This document shows positions 12,200 through 23,237 of a DNA stretch of 64,000 nucleotides, piece after piece. A program made the position numbers and the translations under genes. The notes beneath the pieces were generated by a model. It had not been told where the DNA came from, ran no database searches, and saw only the letters and a list, made by a program, of their open reading frames with translations. Each line of letters begins with the position of its first letter. The stretch's first letter is position 1. This DNA is from Eledone cirrhosa (taxonomy: Eukaryota). Location of the stretch: contig OZ024746.1 of assembly GCA_964016885.1 (NCBI GenBank), forward strand, positions 50,220,001 to 50,284,000, given 5' to 3'.

Positions 12200-12390
12200 G
12201 CACAGGCATTGCTTTATATCTGGAGATCTCTCTGCACTTGTCGTCAGATGGTACCATGGGCCCAGCACTATGTGTCAATAATTGTCAAAAGTGTAGTGTT
12301 TGTACCAGAGTTTTCAAATCGCTGGCTGGACTAAAAAGTCACACTCGTTCAGCGCATCCGTACTCGAAAACGAGTTGGCAGCCACCATGT
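12200..12390 (+). mobile_element. LINE 3' fragment with C-terminal C2H2 finger
   Basis: CSVCTRVFKSLAGLKSHTRSAH, as at the C-termini of RTE/BovB-like ORFs. Confidence 0.5.
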
Positions 12391-12494
12391 ATATGTATAT
12401 GTATGTATATATATGTATGTTTCTCGCTTCCTCTTATTTTCACTCACTCCTCCACTAGCTCACTTCCTCCCTCGTCCGCCACTATCTCTTCTCT

Positions 12495-13310
12495 CACTCA
12501 CACTTCTGCAGTGAATGCGTGTCTTTTTTTTCTCATCAAACCTGCCAGAACTTATGTTCGAAATCAATTGTTCAGTTGATTTTTTTCCCTTTCTTTTCGT
12601 TGCTTCAAACTCTGTGTCTGTTTACATTATTCTCTCTCTCTCCTCTCTTTTTTATCCCAATAACTTATTTTAATTATTGTTCGCCCTAGTTTGAGGCATC
12701 TTGTCTCTAACGCGAAGAAATGCCTATGATTCCTGCAGACAACTGACGATGGATATTGCCCTCTTTTGCCCGTAACTTTTATTTTGATTATATTTAATTG
12801 CAACCACACAGCTCACTATTTTATTCACATAGTCTCCTTCTCCGCTGTGACCCGTCTCTCTTCTATCCCCTTGTTGCTATGCTCTCTCTCCCCCTTCTCT
12901 CTCCTTCTCCCTCTTCTGCTAGTCACCTTCTCTCGGCTAGCCTGCCACTTCTAAAGCAGTCTCTTCTCTCACTCACACTGCTACAGTGAAGACGTGTCTT
13001 TTTTTTTCTCGTCAAACCCACCAGAACTTATGTTCGAAATGAGTTGTTGGCTTGATTTTTCCTCCTTTCACCCTTCGTGTCTGTATCCATTTTTCTCTCT
13101 CTCTCCCCCCTTTTTTAGCACAATAACTTATTTTAGTTATTGTTCGCCCTAGGCTGAGGTATCTTGTCTCTAACGCGAAGAAATACCTATGATTCCTAAC
13201 ATACAACTGACGATGGATATTGCCCTCTTTTGCCCATAACTTTTCTTTTCATTATACTTAATTGCAACCACACAGCTCACCATTTTATTCACATAGTTTC
13301 CTTCTCTGCT
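12495..13310 (+). repeat. Diverged tandem duplication (~12495-12847 and ~12970-13310)
   Basis: Shared CCAGAACTTATGTTCGAAAT, TCTTGTCTCTAACGCGAAGAAAT and ACAACTGACGATGGATATTGCCCTCTTTTGCCC. Confidence 0.85.
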
Positions 13311-13329
13311 GAGTTTTGTCCTCTTTTCT

Positions 13330-13580
13330 ACTCATCATCACTTTTGTCTTAGCTATGGTCACTCTCAGTCCTCTTAATTCCAACTCTGTTTTCATAGCCA
13401 GAATTTATTCTCGAGCTCCTCTACTGATTCTACCATCAGCATAGATAAGTTTCTACGGACAGGATGTATTCCTACTTGTATCTGGAATTCCTCACTAAAC
13501 TCCATTCCTACCCTTACTTTACTGACAGCACATCTGTACAAAGCTTGCACTGTCCTCACAAGCCATTCCTCAACACCTAC
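13330..13580 (-). mobile_element. RTE RT fragment
   Basis: GVEEWLVRTVQALY..AVSKVRVG.EFSEEF..QVG.H, the region preceding the QG motif. Confidence 0.75.
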
Positions 13581-13663
13581 AGCGAAAACTAACCCCAACC
13601 AAACCGTGTGTTCTTGCAATATTTATAACAATATGACCCTCCTCTGGTATAACTATGTATATA

Positions 13664-13702
<39 letters not shown>

Positions 13703-13871
13703 TCATACAAATATGTATCGCAGCATTATCAATAAAGGACTTTAACATCTGAAAGTATTTCGCATTTTATCATTATATATATATATAGAACCACCTAGGT
13801 ACTATGACATAACTTATGTATTTGCTAGCATTAGTGTACATCTGTACGCATATGTTGGTAAATATACTAAA

Positions 13872-13962
<91 letters not shown>
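13872..13962. repeat. (CT)n(TA)n compound microsatellite
   Basis: Directly visible. Confidence 0.95.
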
Positions 13963-13964
<2 letters not shown>

Positions 13965-14006
13965 ACACACACTACACACACCGAGAGAGACATATATTTA
14001 TATATA

Positions 14007-16480
14007 CTAGCAGACTAGCAGAAGAACTGCTGTTCAGGCGGTTTTCTGTTAGTATATATAGACTTCTTAAGTTTCTGTAGTGTCCCTTTTCTATCATTTA
14101 AAAAGAAACTGAAATGCATTTCAACTAAAAGAGAGTGATAGCTGTTTCACATCACTGTAGAATTTCTTTGCAGACACAGTTGCCAGCAAACAGACACCTT
14201 TCATTTAATATTTTTATATTAACACAATATATAATGCAACATATGTGAGAAGAATTGTGTTGGTAGATAAATGTCTGCCCTTGATGGTTGTTTCAACTAT
14301 CTGTGGTCTAGCACCATGACGTACAACAGGAAGAAGTCACCAGATATCACTAAATGGCTTTTTGCAATCTCGAACATCTTTGAAGCTCCTGTCAAGGCAT
14401 TGAAAGATATGCTTATGTCCCATACCTATCCCATCAATGATTAGCAGATCAGCTTGCTGCATAAGTTTACCTGTGTCATCCCTCTTTGTGAAGAAGCATG
14501 TTGATTCAGCAGTCATATTGAGAGGAATCGTGCACTTGGAATGAAGAGTTCTCCGTTTGTGAAGCAAAGTGGCTGCTATTCCAGATATGGCAGTGGCAAG
14601 TGCAATTATTTTTTACATTGGAGGTAATCCATTAGGATTTTTATGACCTGTACCTGCACTTGCATTCAAGCAAAAAATTCTGTCTTCATTTTCATTTACA
14701 GAGGTAATTACTTTGTGAAAAATAACCAGTTGCTGAGGATTCAATGTTGGCAGAAGTTCATTTATTTGTTTGTTTGCTTGCAATTGATGTTGGATCTTCT
14801 GTAGGACAATCTGCACGGTTTGCATGGACATGAATTGCTCATGACGTTCATGCATGATATCCTCTGAAAGACAATTCTTCCATTTCTCCCAGAACTGCAG
14901 AGGGTCATTTGGCATGCAGTGCAATAAAATGGTGCAGAAGATCTGTGGCAGCTGATGACCAAGCGTAATGGATGAGGCGTCTTCCATAGCTTTATCTTTT
15001 TCTCCATCTTCATCCAACAGACTAAGTTAATCTTTGTATGAAGTTGACCCAGCCTTGTGATGTAGGATCATTCTGAGGTAATATAATTCAGATTGATGTC
15101 TACTGAGAATGCGTCCAAGAGATTCACTCATAAATTGTTGATCACCATCCAGATGTCCCTTTTTTTTCTTTGCCACTTTTTGTTTGTCCAAGTGAAATAT
15201 TTAGGAATATCAATATACAATGTCTTGTTCCAGCGGGTCTCTAATATTCAGTTGAAAATATTCCGTGAACTTAGTCATTGGCTGTCCCCTAGAAACAACT
15301 CTTTCTTCCTTCCCTCGCTCAAACACGACCATTTGTTCCCCAGGTAAATGGCAAGGCAACTTTCCAGAATGCTTCACTGGCTGAGATGTACCGTACATTG
15401 ATATAGGTCTCGAATTCATTTTGAACATGGACACGATTTCCTCGATCATACTTAATAGTGAAAGTAATTTTGTCTGATCCTTTTGTGATGTACTTTAAGT
15501 AGTTAACAGCCTTGACACTGTAGACAACCTCACAATTGACCATGCTGTCTACCCCTTCTTCTATACTTTGAAAAGGAACTTTTGGCAACAAATGCGGTTT
15601 GCCTTGGGAGCATTGTCATTGTTGTCCTAGCCCTTCCTTTCATGAGCACATCATATTCACTTGTCCACATGGGCCATGAATGTTGCAAGATGGGGATGAT
15701 CTTCTGTAGAATTGGAATCTCACAGTACACTACCTGATCAATGTCATCAGCAGTTTTGTGCTTACTATCTTCAGCCATTATCAGCAGAATATGAGCATGA
15801 GTGGGGCCTCGTTTCTGCCACTCTATTGTAGCCGAACGAGCAACTTTCCTAGGGCATTTTCTTTTTCAGTATGTCACCCATGAGGCTGTCATACTTGATC
15901 TTGAAGACTCTTGCACAAATATCAGGGCGGTCTCTAGGTTCTTGACTAGGGTGAAAACTATTTTTTATTTCATCCCAGTTAGAGTTAGTTGTTACCGTGA
16001 TGAAATAAGACGGCTTTCCCATGTGTCGAACCAGTCATCGAATTCTGAAAGCACTCACTGTAGAAGCGAGAGGGAACCATAGATTGAAGGCGGAAGAACA
16101 ATTCTCCGGCCTTCAGCCTCAGCATCATAGAAACCCTCATACTTTTCAGCTCACATCACGGTTCGATTGTTGCGGGCCATTTTGTGGTGACAACGTTGTA
16201 TTTTTCCCTGGGCATCTACAGCATATTGCTGCATCAGCCACCTGCTCTTCACGACAACGTTACAGTCACCTTGCCTAACCTGAAACCGATAACCAGTGGG
16301 TGTGAGTGTGTGGTTGTTGTCAATCCTTTTCAAACCAACCCGAAACCCATCATCCTCACAAGGAAACAGTAGCATAGGACAATATTCACATTTTCAGAGA
16401 CTGGTATTTCAATGACAGCCGTGAAGCTTCTTATATGATAAATGTTACCTATGATCTTAAATGTGGGACTAAATCCTGGC
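14007..16480 (-). mobile_element. Decayed Helitron (Rep + Pif1 helicase N-terminal half) with 3' hairpin-CTAG end
   Basis: HUH motif GPTHAHILL, DDIDQVVYCEIP, YLKYITKGSD, RYISASEAFW, LNASAGTG (Walker A remnant), SGIAATLL and LLIIDG. A hairpin at 14025-14043 precedes CTAG ends at 14007/14015 on the minus strand. Confidence 0.88.
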
Positions 16481-16794
16481 TTTCTCTCACCCCTCTCTCT
16501 CTCTCCCATACACTGACATAAGATCATATAATTCAGCATTGTGGCTCTCTGTAAAATGTGAAAAGAAAGACAAGGTTTTAACTGACATATAATTAGATGT
16601 ATGTATTTATGCCATGTGCGTTAATTTATATACGCACAATAGTCAGTCTTCTGATCTGTTACAAACACAACTCTCAGGACGAAACAGATTAAATCTCTAA
16701 TCTGTCTGGGAGATGAAATAGTTATTGAAGCGATCTGTACATTTTACTCTTTATCCTGTACTTTCCGTTTGCTTCAGGTTAAATCTGTCAAACC

Positions 16795-16863
<69 letters not shown>

Positions 16864-16886
16864 CACACACGACACATATATATATA

Positions 16887-17040
16887 TTGTCCTGGGTATG
16901 ACATTAAACTACATCCAGTGACAAGGCTACAGTTCGGGGGTTCATGAGCTGTGGGGAATGTGGAGTTACCCCTTAGTTGTCATAACTCCCAGGTCTGCTC
17001 TGGCCCGGAGCAGTGTTACCTGTTAGGGCCCCATTTATGG
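16887..17040 (+). mobile_element. SINE body fragment (same family as 8241-8378)
   Basis: Dispersed copy within the window, preceded by (TA)n. Confidence 0.75.
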
Positions 17041-17131
17041 GTGAAATAATAAAAGAACCATGTAATCGATTTAACAGCACTAACGTTGTCAAGGTTTATG
17101 GGCACTCTGAATGTGAGGACAATTCGGACAC

Positions 17132-17204
17132 TGAGAAATACTTCCCTGGAGCTAAGAAGACCCCGCCCGAAAAGAGGCCCGACCCAGTGGTGCAAAACCA
17201 AAAG
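17132..17204 (+). pseudogene. 5'-truncated duplicate of the AFG3L2-like exon
   Basis: EKYFPGAKKTPPEKRPDPVVQNQK followed by AG|GTATGC donor and (CT)n. Paralogous to 18070-18143. Confidence 0.5.
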
Positions 17205-17208
17205 GTAT

Positions 17209-17290
<82 letters not shown>

Positions 17291-17691
17291 ACACTTAATG
17301 TTAAAAGAAAGGCAAGCTTTGAAGTGACAAATAATTAGATACATTGATACGACGCGTCGCCCTCATATCATGTATCTGTATGGCTGTCTGTCTGAACGTT
17401 CTAAATAAAACACACCCAACAAGGGAGAGAACCAAATAGTTAAATTATAGAGTAGCCTAACTTGAGATTTTAATTTTTTTCCATTTTTTTTCATTCATAA
17501 ATGTTTATGGATCTGTGTTTTTGTGTGTGTGGATATATGTATATATAGATAGGTATATATAGATATGTATATATAGATAGGTAGATGGACAAGGGTGTCT
17601 CACATAGGAGGTTTCCCGGTTGTTGTAATGATAGACTCCAGTTCTATCCCGAAAAACTTAAAATGAAGCAACTGGCTTATTAATACAAGGT

Positions 17692-17765
17692 GCTGCCAGA
17701 CCTAGGGTTTGATCTTATGACCTTATGTTTATGAGTGCAGCACACTAACCATTGAAGCACCACCA
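17692..17765 (-). mobile_element. Degenerate tRNA-like SINE head
   Basis: A-box-like TGGTGCTTCAATGG and B-box-like AGATCAAACCC at tRNA-like spacing. Confidence 0.45.
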
Positions 17766-17956
17766 TCACATACTGAACCTGCATTAGAACACTACCACAC
17801 ACTACAGCACTACCAGACACTACAATACCGCCCTACTACACTACCACCATCACACTACATCATCACCAACACCACCATTATATATATTCAGATATATATC
17901 ATATCTACCCCACCTTGAACCCTGGCCCTTTATAACCCCTAAAATCTCTATTTCAG

Positions 17957-18143
17957 ATATATCGTCATTCCTACGTTACCTCTAAATATGTAACTGTTTC
18001 ACCACGGCCGTTGTTGTCCCTAATGAAGGACTGGGCTCTGCTACGCAACAGCAATGTACCAGATGGTTTTGAGAAATACTTCCCTGAAGCTAAGGAGACC
18101 CTGCCACGAAAAGAGGCCCGACCCAGTGGTGCCAAACCATAAG
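17957..18143 (+). pseudogene. AFG3L2: Isolated exon resembling the N-terminal region of mitochondrial m-AAA protease AFG3L2, with a 1-nt frameshift
   Basis: TTTCAG acceptor and AG|GTATGC donor. Translates as ...DWALLRNSNVPDGFEKYFP (cf. PKGFEKYFP in AFG3L2, from memory). Length 187 nt = 186 + one inserted base relative to the paralog. Confidence 0.55.
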
Positions 18144-18150
18144 GTATGCT

Positions 18151-18237
<87 letters not shown>

Positions 18238-18618
18238 ATACACTTCTATAAGGTCATATAATTGAACATTGTGTCATTTCTAAAATGTGAAAAGAAAGGC
18301 AATGTTTTAACTGACATAATTAGATAGATATTTATAGATACAACGCCGCGCACTCATATCATCTATATATATAAAACTGTGTGTGTGTGTGTGTGTGTGT
18401 CCTCATTTTTGCAAAGTCTATACAAATCCACATTTCTACTCTGATTGACTTCAAACTTACATTTATATATTCCTTGTGACCTAAAGATATTAACTGTAGC
18501 TTTTACTTTTCAATTTTCTGTTGTGAAAGAGGTGTTAGGCGCCGGTTATCAATCTCCATCGTGCCCTTATAATATCTGTCTGTATGCCTGGCTGTCTGCA
18601 TAACATTATGACCAATAC

Positions 18619-18808
18619 CAAGGGCGGTGGATTGGCAGTATCGGTAGAGGGTCTGACGCCACGCTTTGCAACATAGATTTACGGCCCTTCATGATCTGAG
18701 TTCAAATCCCGCCGAGGTTGACTTTGCCTTTCATCCTTACGGGGTCGATAAAATAAAGTACCAGTAATGTACTGGTAATTTGCTGGCCTTGTGCCAATAG
18801 TAGAAACA
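18619..18808 (+). mobile_element. Full-length tRNA-derived SINE with 14-bp TSD
   Basis: A box TGGCAGTATCGG, B box GAGTTCAAATCC, central GCCTTTCATCCTT..GGGGTCGATAAAATAAAGTACCAG. TSD ATTATGACCAATAC at 18605-18618 and 18809-18822. Confidence 0.93.
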
Positions 18809-18899
18809 ATTATGACCAATACGTCATTGCTGACGTATTATCTTTGCCACGCACGCACGCACGCATACATATATGCACATATACATATATATATATATG

Positions 18900-18951
18900 A
18901 GTTTCAGAAGATCCCGTTAAGGGTGAAAGCAGCGATTCTTTGCTTAAACTT
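18900..18951 (+). ncRNA. Degenerate type I hammerhead-like motif
   Basis: AGTTT-CAGAAGA-TCCC/GGGT-GAAA-GCA/TGC-TT-AAACT. The stems pair, but the core has A at the U4 position. Confidence 0.4.
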
Positions 18952-18966
18952 TAATCTGTTATTTTA

Positions 18967-19032
<66 letters not shown>

Positions 19033-19283
19033 GAATATAAAAGAAAAACGAACACAAATATATACATATGTGTTGAAATAGTAAGGCATCAGATTCGCTA
19101 AGGTGAAAAGAATACTAACTATAGACAATTTAAGAATAAATCAATAAAATAAATACAAACTTGGCCGCTATCTTTAGTGGTGTGAGTTTGTGAGACACGC
19201 TAAGTTCAGATACCATGTGCGTTATATAAACGCACACTATTCAGTATTTTAATATACTTAGAAATGTCCATGATACTAATTCT

Positions 19284-19363
19284 TCATCCACTGATGAGCA
19301 AGAATTGGTATTCCTCTTCACAATTAATTTTGCGAAACAGCATTACCAAAGCTGTCTGGGTGA
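19284..19363 (+). ncRNA. Type I hammerhead ribozyme, probably in a Penelope-like pLTR remnant
   Basis: Stem I TCATCCA/TGGGTGA, core CTGATGA, stem II GCAAGA/TTTTGC, GAAA, stem III CAGC/GCTG, and a GTC cleavage triplet ending at 19356. Confidence 0.88.
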
Positions 19364-19499
19364 TTGGTACTTACCACAATTCCGGTTTGTATTTATTTTC
19401 TTGATTTATTCTTAAATTGAGTCTGGCAAACCCTATTGTCTATAGTTAGTATTCTTTTCACCTTAGCGAAGCTGAACCCTTACGATTTGAACACATATC

Positions 19500-20118
19500 G
19501 GCTTCCGGATCTGCCAGCCACACCAATGTCGCTGCGGTTCCACCGTGGACTCTTTCGACCTCCACCCGCTTTCCTGTCGCCACAGTGCCGGCCGCATTCC
19601 ACGCCATGCTGCGTTCAACGAGGTCACTAAGCATGGCTTGGACGCTGCAGGCTTTCTTTCCCAGATCGAGCCGGTGGGGCTGGATCTAGGGGAAGGCAAA
19701 AGGCCAGATGGCATGACCATCTTCCCGTTCCGCGGTGGCAAACCCCTCGTCTGGGATGCTACTTGCATCGACACTTTCTGCAGCCGCAACCTGGTGCAGT
19801 CTGCGACTGACCCAGGTTCTGCTGCACGTCGGGCTTTTGGGGGCCAAACTCCTCAAATACCGGTCGCTCTCCGACAGGTTTGCGGTCATTCCCCTGGCCA
19901 TGGAGACTTCTGGTGTCTTCCAGCCGCAGGTGTGAGCCCCACGAGTTGGAGTGGCTTTTCCAGCGCGTCTCCCTTACCGTCCTCCGGGGAAACGCCTTCC
20001 CCATTCTGTCTGCCGGGGCTGTCGGTGGGCCCCATCGCGTACCAATACATTAGTTAAATACCATTCTTTCATCTGATACAACACAATAAAGACTAAAGTC
20101 TTTTAAAAAAAAAAAAAA
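19500..20118 (+). mobile_element. 3' end of a CRE-like non-LTR retrotransposon (CCHC knuckle + restriction-like endonuclease) with poly(A)
   Basis: CRCG..MD...HPLSC, RH..FNE, KRPDG..IFPF.GGK.LVWDATC.DT, K..KY and PLAMETSG. AATAAA at ~20085 and an A-run at 20105-20118. Confidence 0.85.
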
Positions 20119-20265
20119 TACTACATCAAACACATATATGTATATATCTGTGTTCGTTTTTATTTTATATTCAATTATAATATACGGCTAGGAAAAATCT
20201 CTTTAATAGAGCTATTTTATTGTACGAGACTATTTTGAGTTTCTAACTCAATATATACCTTTGAT

Positions 20266-20297
<32 letters not shown>

Positions 20298-20369
20298 CAT
20301 ACATACACAAACACATATACACATATATATATACACATATACTTATATATATATATACACATAAAAATC

Positions 20370-20610
20370 TATCTAGGGCGCGTAAATTTCCCGAGATCCA
20401 TGGACGAGTTCTCTCCAGCAGTCTCTGTCCCTCATTATCGCTGCCATGTCCTGCGTCTCCAACAGACCAGTCAGTGTCTGTCCTTAGGGCATCAACATAT
20501 GTTAACTTTGGTCTTCCTCTTCCTGTGTGTCTATGCAGGGGCTCCCACAGGAGCACTGAGTGCAGTGTCAGCTCTGGATCTCGGTGAGCATGTCCAGTTC
20601 GTGAGTTTTT
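20370..20610 (-). mobile_element. RTE-like LINE 3' fragment
   Basis: GHAHR....VLLWEP.H...GRGRPKLTYVDAL..DT, ending next to a TA-rich tail. Confidence 0.7.
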
Positions 20611-20874
20611 AACAGGCACTCACAAATAAACGCTTCTCATTGGAGGTGCTATTACCAATGTTCTTATCCGTGCAACGCCGGGGTACACTGCTAGTGTGTC
20701 TGTATGGCTCAATGTCTGAACTTAATAGCTAACCCACACCCAACAAGGGAGATAACCAAATGGTAAAATATAGAGTTACTTCCCTTGAAATTATATTTTT
20801 CTGTCTTTTTCATACATATATCATTATGGATGTGTTTGTCTATCTATTTACCGAGGTACAGATAAATATATATG

Positions 20875-20905
<31 letters not shown>

Positions 20906-20907
<2 letters not shown>

Positions 20908-21594
20908 GCCTTTAACGTTTGTTATAGCTCTGATTCATCTGAATCATTGAGCACTTGCCGCACATCTCGGAGGTTGTTTTTCGTTATTTCGTGGGCCGAA
21001 ATGCGAATCTCGATAATTTATTATTCTCCAGACTCTAGCTTTTGACCAGTTAATTTTCTTGATTTTTTAGTTGATTCTATTGACTGATGAATAGCTTATG
21101 TTAATTTTCACCCTTCTGTTGAGAATTCCATTCGATTTGTGATGTTTTTGCAGTCTTGCAAAAATATACACAACTGAATTCATTCGCCTGATATAGGGGT
21201 TGCCTCCCTTGCCGATCCCCACGTGGGGTCAGCAATAGTCAGTCCTTGTATTAACATTGAACTAAAACCTGTTGAGAAAGTGGCTTCCTTGTTCAATCAT
21301 CTTACCAGAAGCCTGACATTATTTATGTAAGCGGACGGTACTTGATTTAGGAGCCGCAGAAACCCATATACTGGATTTTACCAACCTTCCAGGGGTCCGG
21401 GTAAATTTTCAATACCCGAATTACTTGATCGTTTTTGGGGGCTCTGCGAATGATTATTTAACCATCGTCTCAGTGTGTTTGGCCTTTAACGTTTGTTATA
21501 GCTCTGGTTCATCTGAATCATTGAGCACTTGCCGCACATCTCGGAGGTTGTTTTTCGTATTTCGTGGGCCGAAATGCGAATCTCGATAATTTAT
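20906..21594. repeat. ~690-bp element bounded by ~116-bp direct repeats, in a TA context
   Basis: TTGGCCTTTAACGTTTG...CTCGATAATTTAT at 20906-21021 and 21479-21594, near identical. Confidence 0.85.
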
Positions 21595-21624
21595 GTTTGT
21601 TTATATATATCTATATATAGATAA

Positions 21625-23235
21625 CTTTCTTTTTATTTGCCACCAGGGCGTCAAAGAGTAGGACAAATACAATGGGGGTAGTTTACATAAAAAGGCGTCC
21701 TCAATAAGGAGGAGGCAATAACAAAATATAAAATATAACAAAAATAAATTGAATAACAAAATCCTCAATCGGGAGGAGGCGCCTTGGGGTCGCACACACC
21801 CCCGAAAAAAAGTGTGCAACCCTACTTCTCAGGAGCACAGAGAGAGGGTGCTCCCTTGATCTTTCATCTTTCTCACCTACAGTCTGATGTAGAGTGAAGG
21901 CCCATTCACACGGGCCATTCTCGCCACGTTCACCCATCTTTCATAAAAACGTCTGGTGTGCAGCACCTCTCTCTCTCCATCCTGATCCTTGTTCTGAAAT
22001 GATATCGGAAGAAACGGACCAGTTGTTGGCCAGAGAGAACGGTAACTGACCTCAGTCCTTTCAGACCCGTCCACCATACAACCTCTTTCGCCATGGTTAT
22101 TACGCGCAGAAACACCGCCTCTCCTTCATTTTTGAAGAGGGGAGGAGGCTTGATCGTTACAATAGACTCGGTGGTCAACCGGATCGGTCCCACCCGTGAC
22201 AGTCGTTAGACATAGCCCCACAGATCGGCAATGCCCGAGCACTGTTTCCTCGGTTTCCTCGTCGCACCCGCATCTGGGACAGATCTTTTTCGAGGGGTCC
22301 CTACCCGGGCGCCCGTGTCTGTAGAGCCTTTCTCGAACGGGCAGAGACCCTCGGTGGCACTGCCAGGCCAGGGACCTCTGGAAGTTATCCATAGGTCCCG
22401 GGCTGAATGTCCTACCGAACAGGTTGGCCAGTTCGTTTTCCTCCATGCCTAGGGTTTCTCCGAGGGCGTTGTCGCACCTGCTAACCACCAGCCCTCTATA
22501 GAATGACGAGGTGGATTCTCCACTGACAGCTGGGTCCGCCTGCCAGAGAGCCGTGAGCGCCTGGGCACACTCGATGTGCCAGGCGCCCAGTTTTCTCGGT
22601 CTTTGCTTGACCCAGGATTGCAGCTCGGTGAGCGAGACGAGTTTGGGAAAGGCTCGCCTCACAAACGGGGCCCACACCGGTTGACCGGTGATGAATACCT
22701 GGAGGTGCCGTAGCCTTAATGCGTGTTTACGCATCATCAGCTACGGCACCCCAGCCCTCCTTTCGAAGGGTGTTGACAGCAGATGGATCCCTTCACCATA
22801 GGAGCCCGCTTCTTCCAAAGGAATTGGAAGAGTGCGCGCTCCATTTTGGCGAGCGTTTCCCTTGGGCAAGGCATGACGGTCAGGCGGTAGTAGATGACGG
22901 ACGCTATATAAGTGTTCGCCACCTTCGCCCGACCTTTCAGGGACAGTTTGCACTCGGCCCACTTCTGGGTCAGTGCAAACAGCCTGTTCGTTACCTCACC
23001 CCAGTTCTTCGCCACCTGGAGGTCTGATCCGAACCAGACCCCGAGCAACTTCACCGGGCCCTCCGTCCAGCGCCCGACGACGCCATCAACAACTCCAACT
23101 TCTGCAGAAGTGGTTCTAGAGTCATTACATATCATTACATACAGAAGGGAGGAGAGAGGGCACCCTTGTCGGATGGACCGCGCGATTTCGAACGGCTCAG
23201 AGAGGTAGCCGTTCACCTTGACAAGAGCTGAAGTG
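21625..23235 (-). mobile_element. 5'-truncated Tx1/L1-clade LINE (partial RT with deletion, zf-RVT, 3' UTR)
   Basis: VKVNGYLSEPF.IARSIRQGCPLS, VKLLGVWFG, LSLKGRAKVAN, KGGLG and LPVRERL...CPRCG.DEET. Confidence 0.88.
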
Positions 23236-23237
23236 CG

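Larger units (their letters stand above)
18362..20694 (+). mobile_element. Complete non-autonomous Helitron with nested insertions
   Basis: 5' TCTATATATATAAAA, 3' hairpin CCGTGCAACGCCGG then CTAG, inserted between A and T. The empty paralogous site is at 17370|17371. Confidence 0.92.

Noticed and set aside
12740-13230. CTGACGA motifs as hammerhead cores
   Set aside because: No downstream stem II-GAAA-stem III could be built.
18619-18720. tRNA gene
   Set aside because: A and B boxes are present, but it continues into a SINE body, has a TSD, and has other partial copies in the window.
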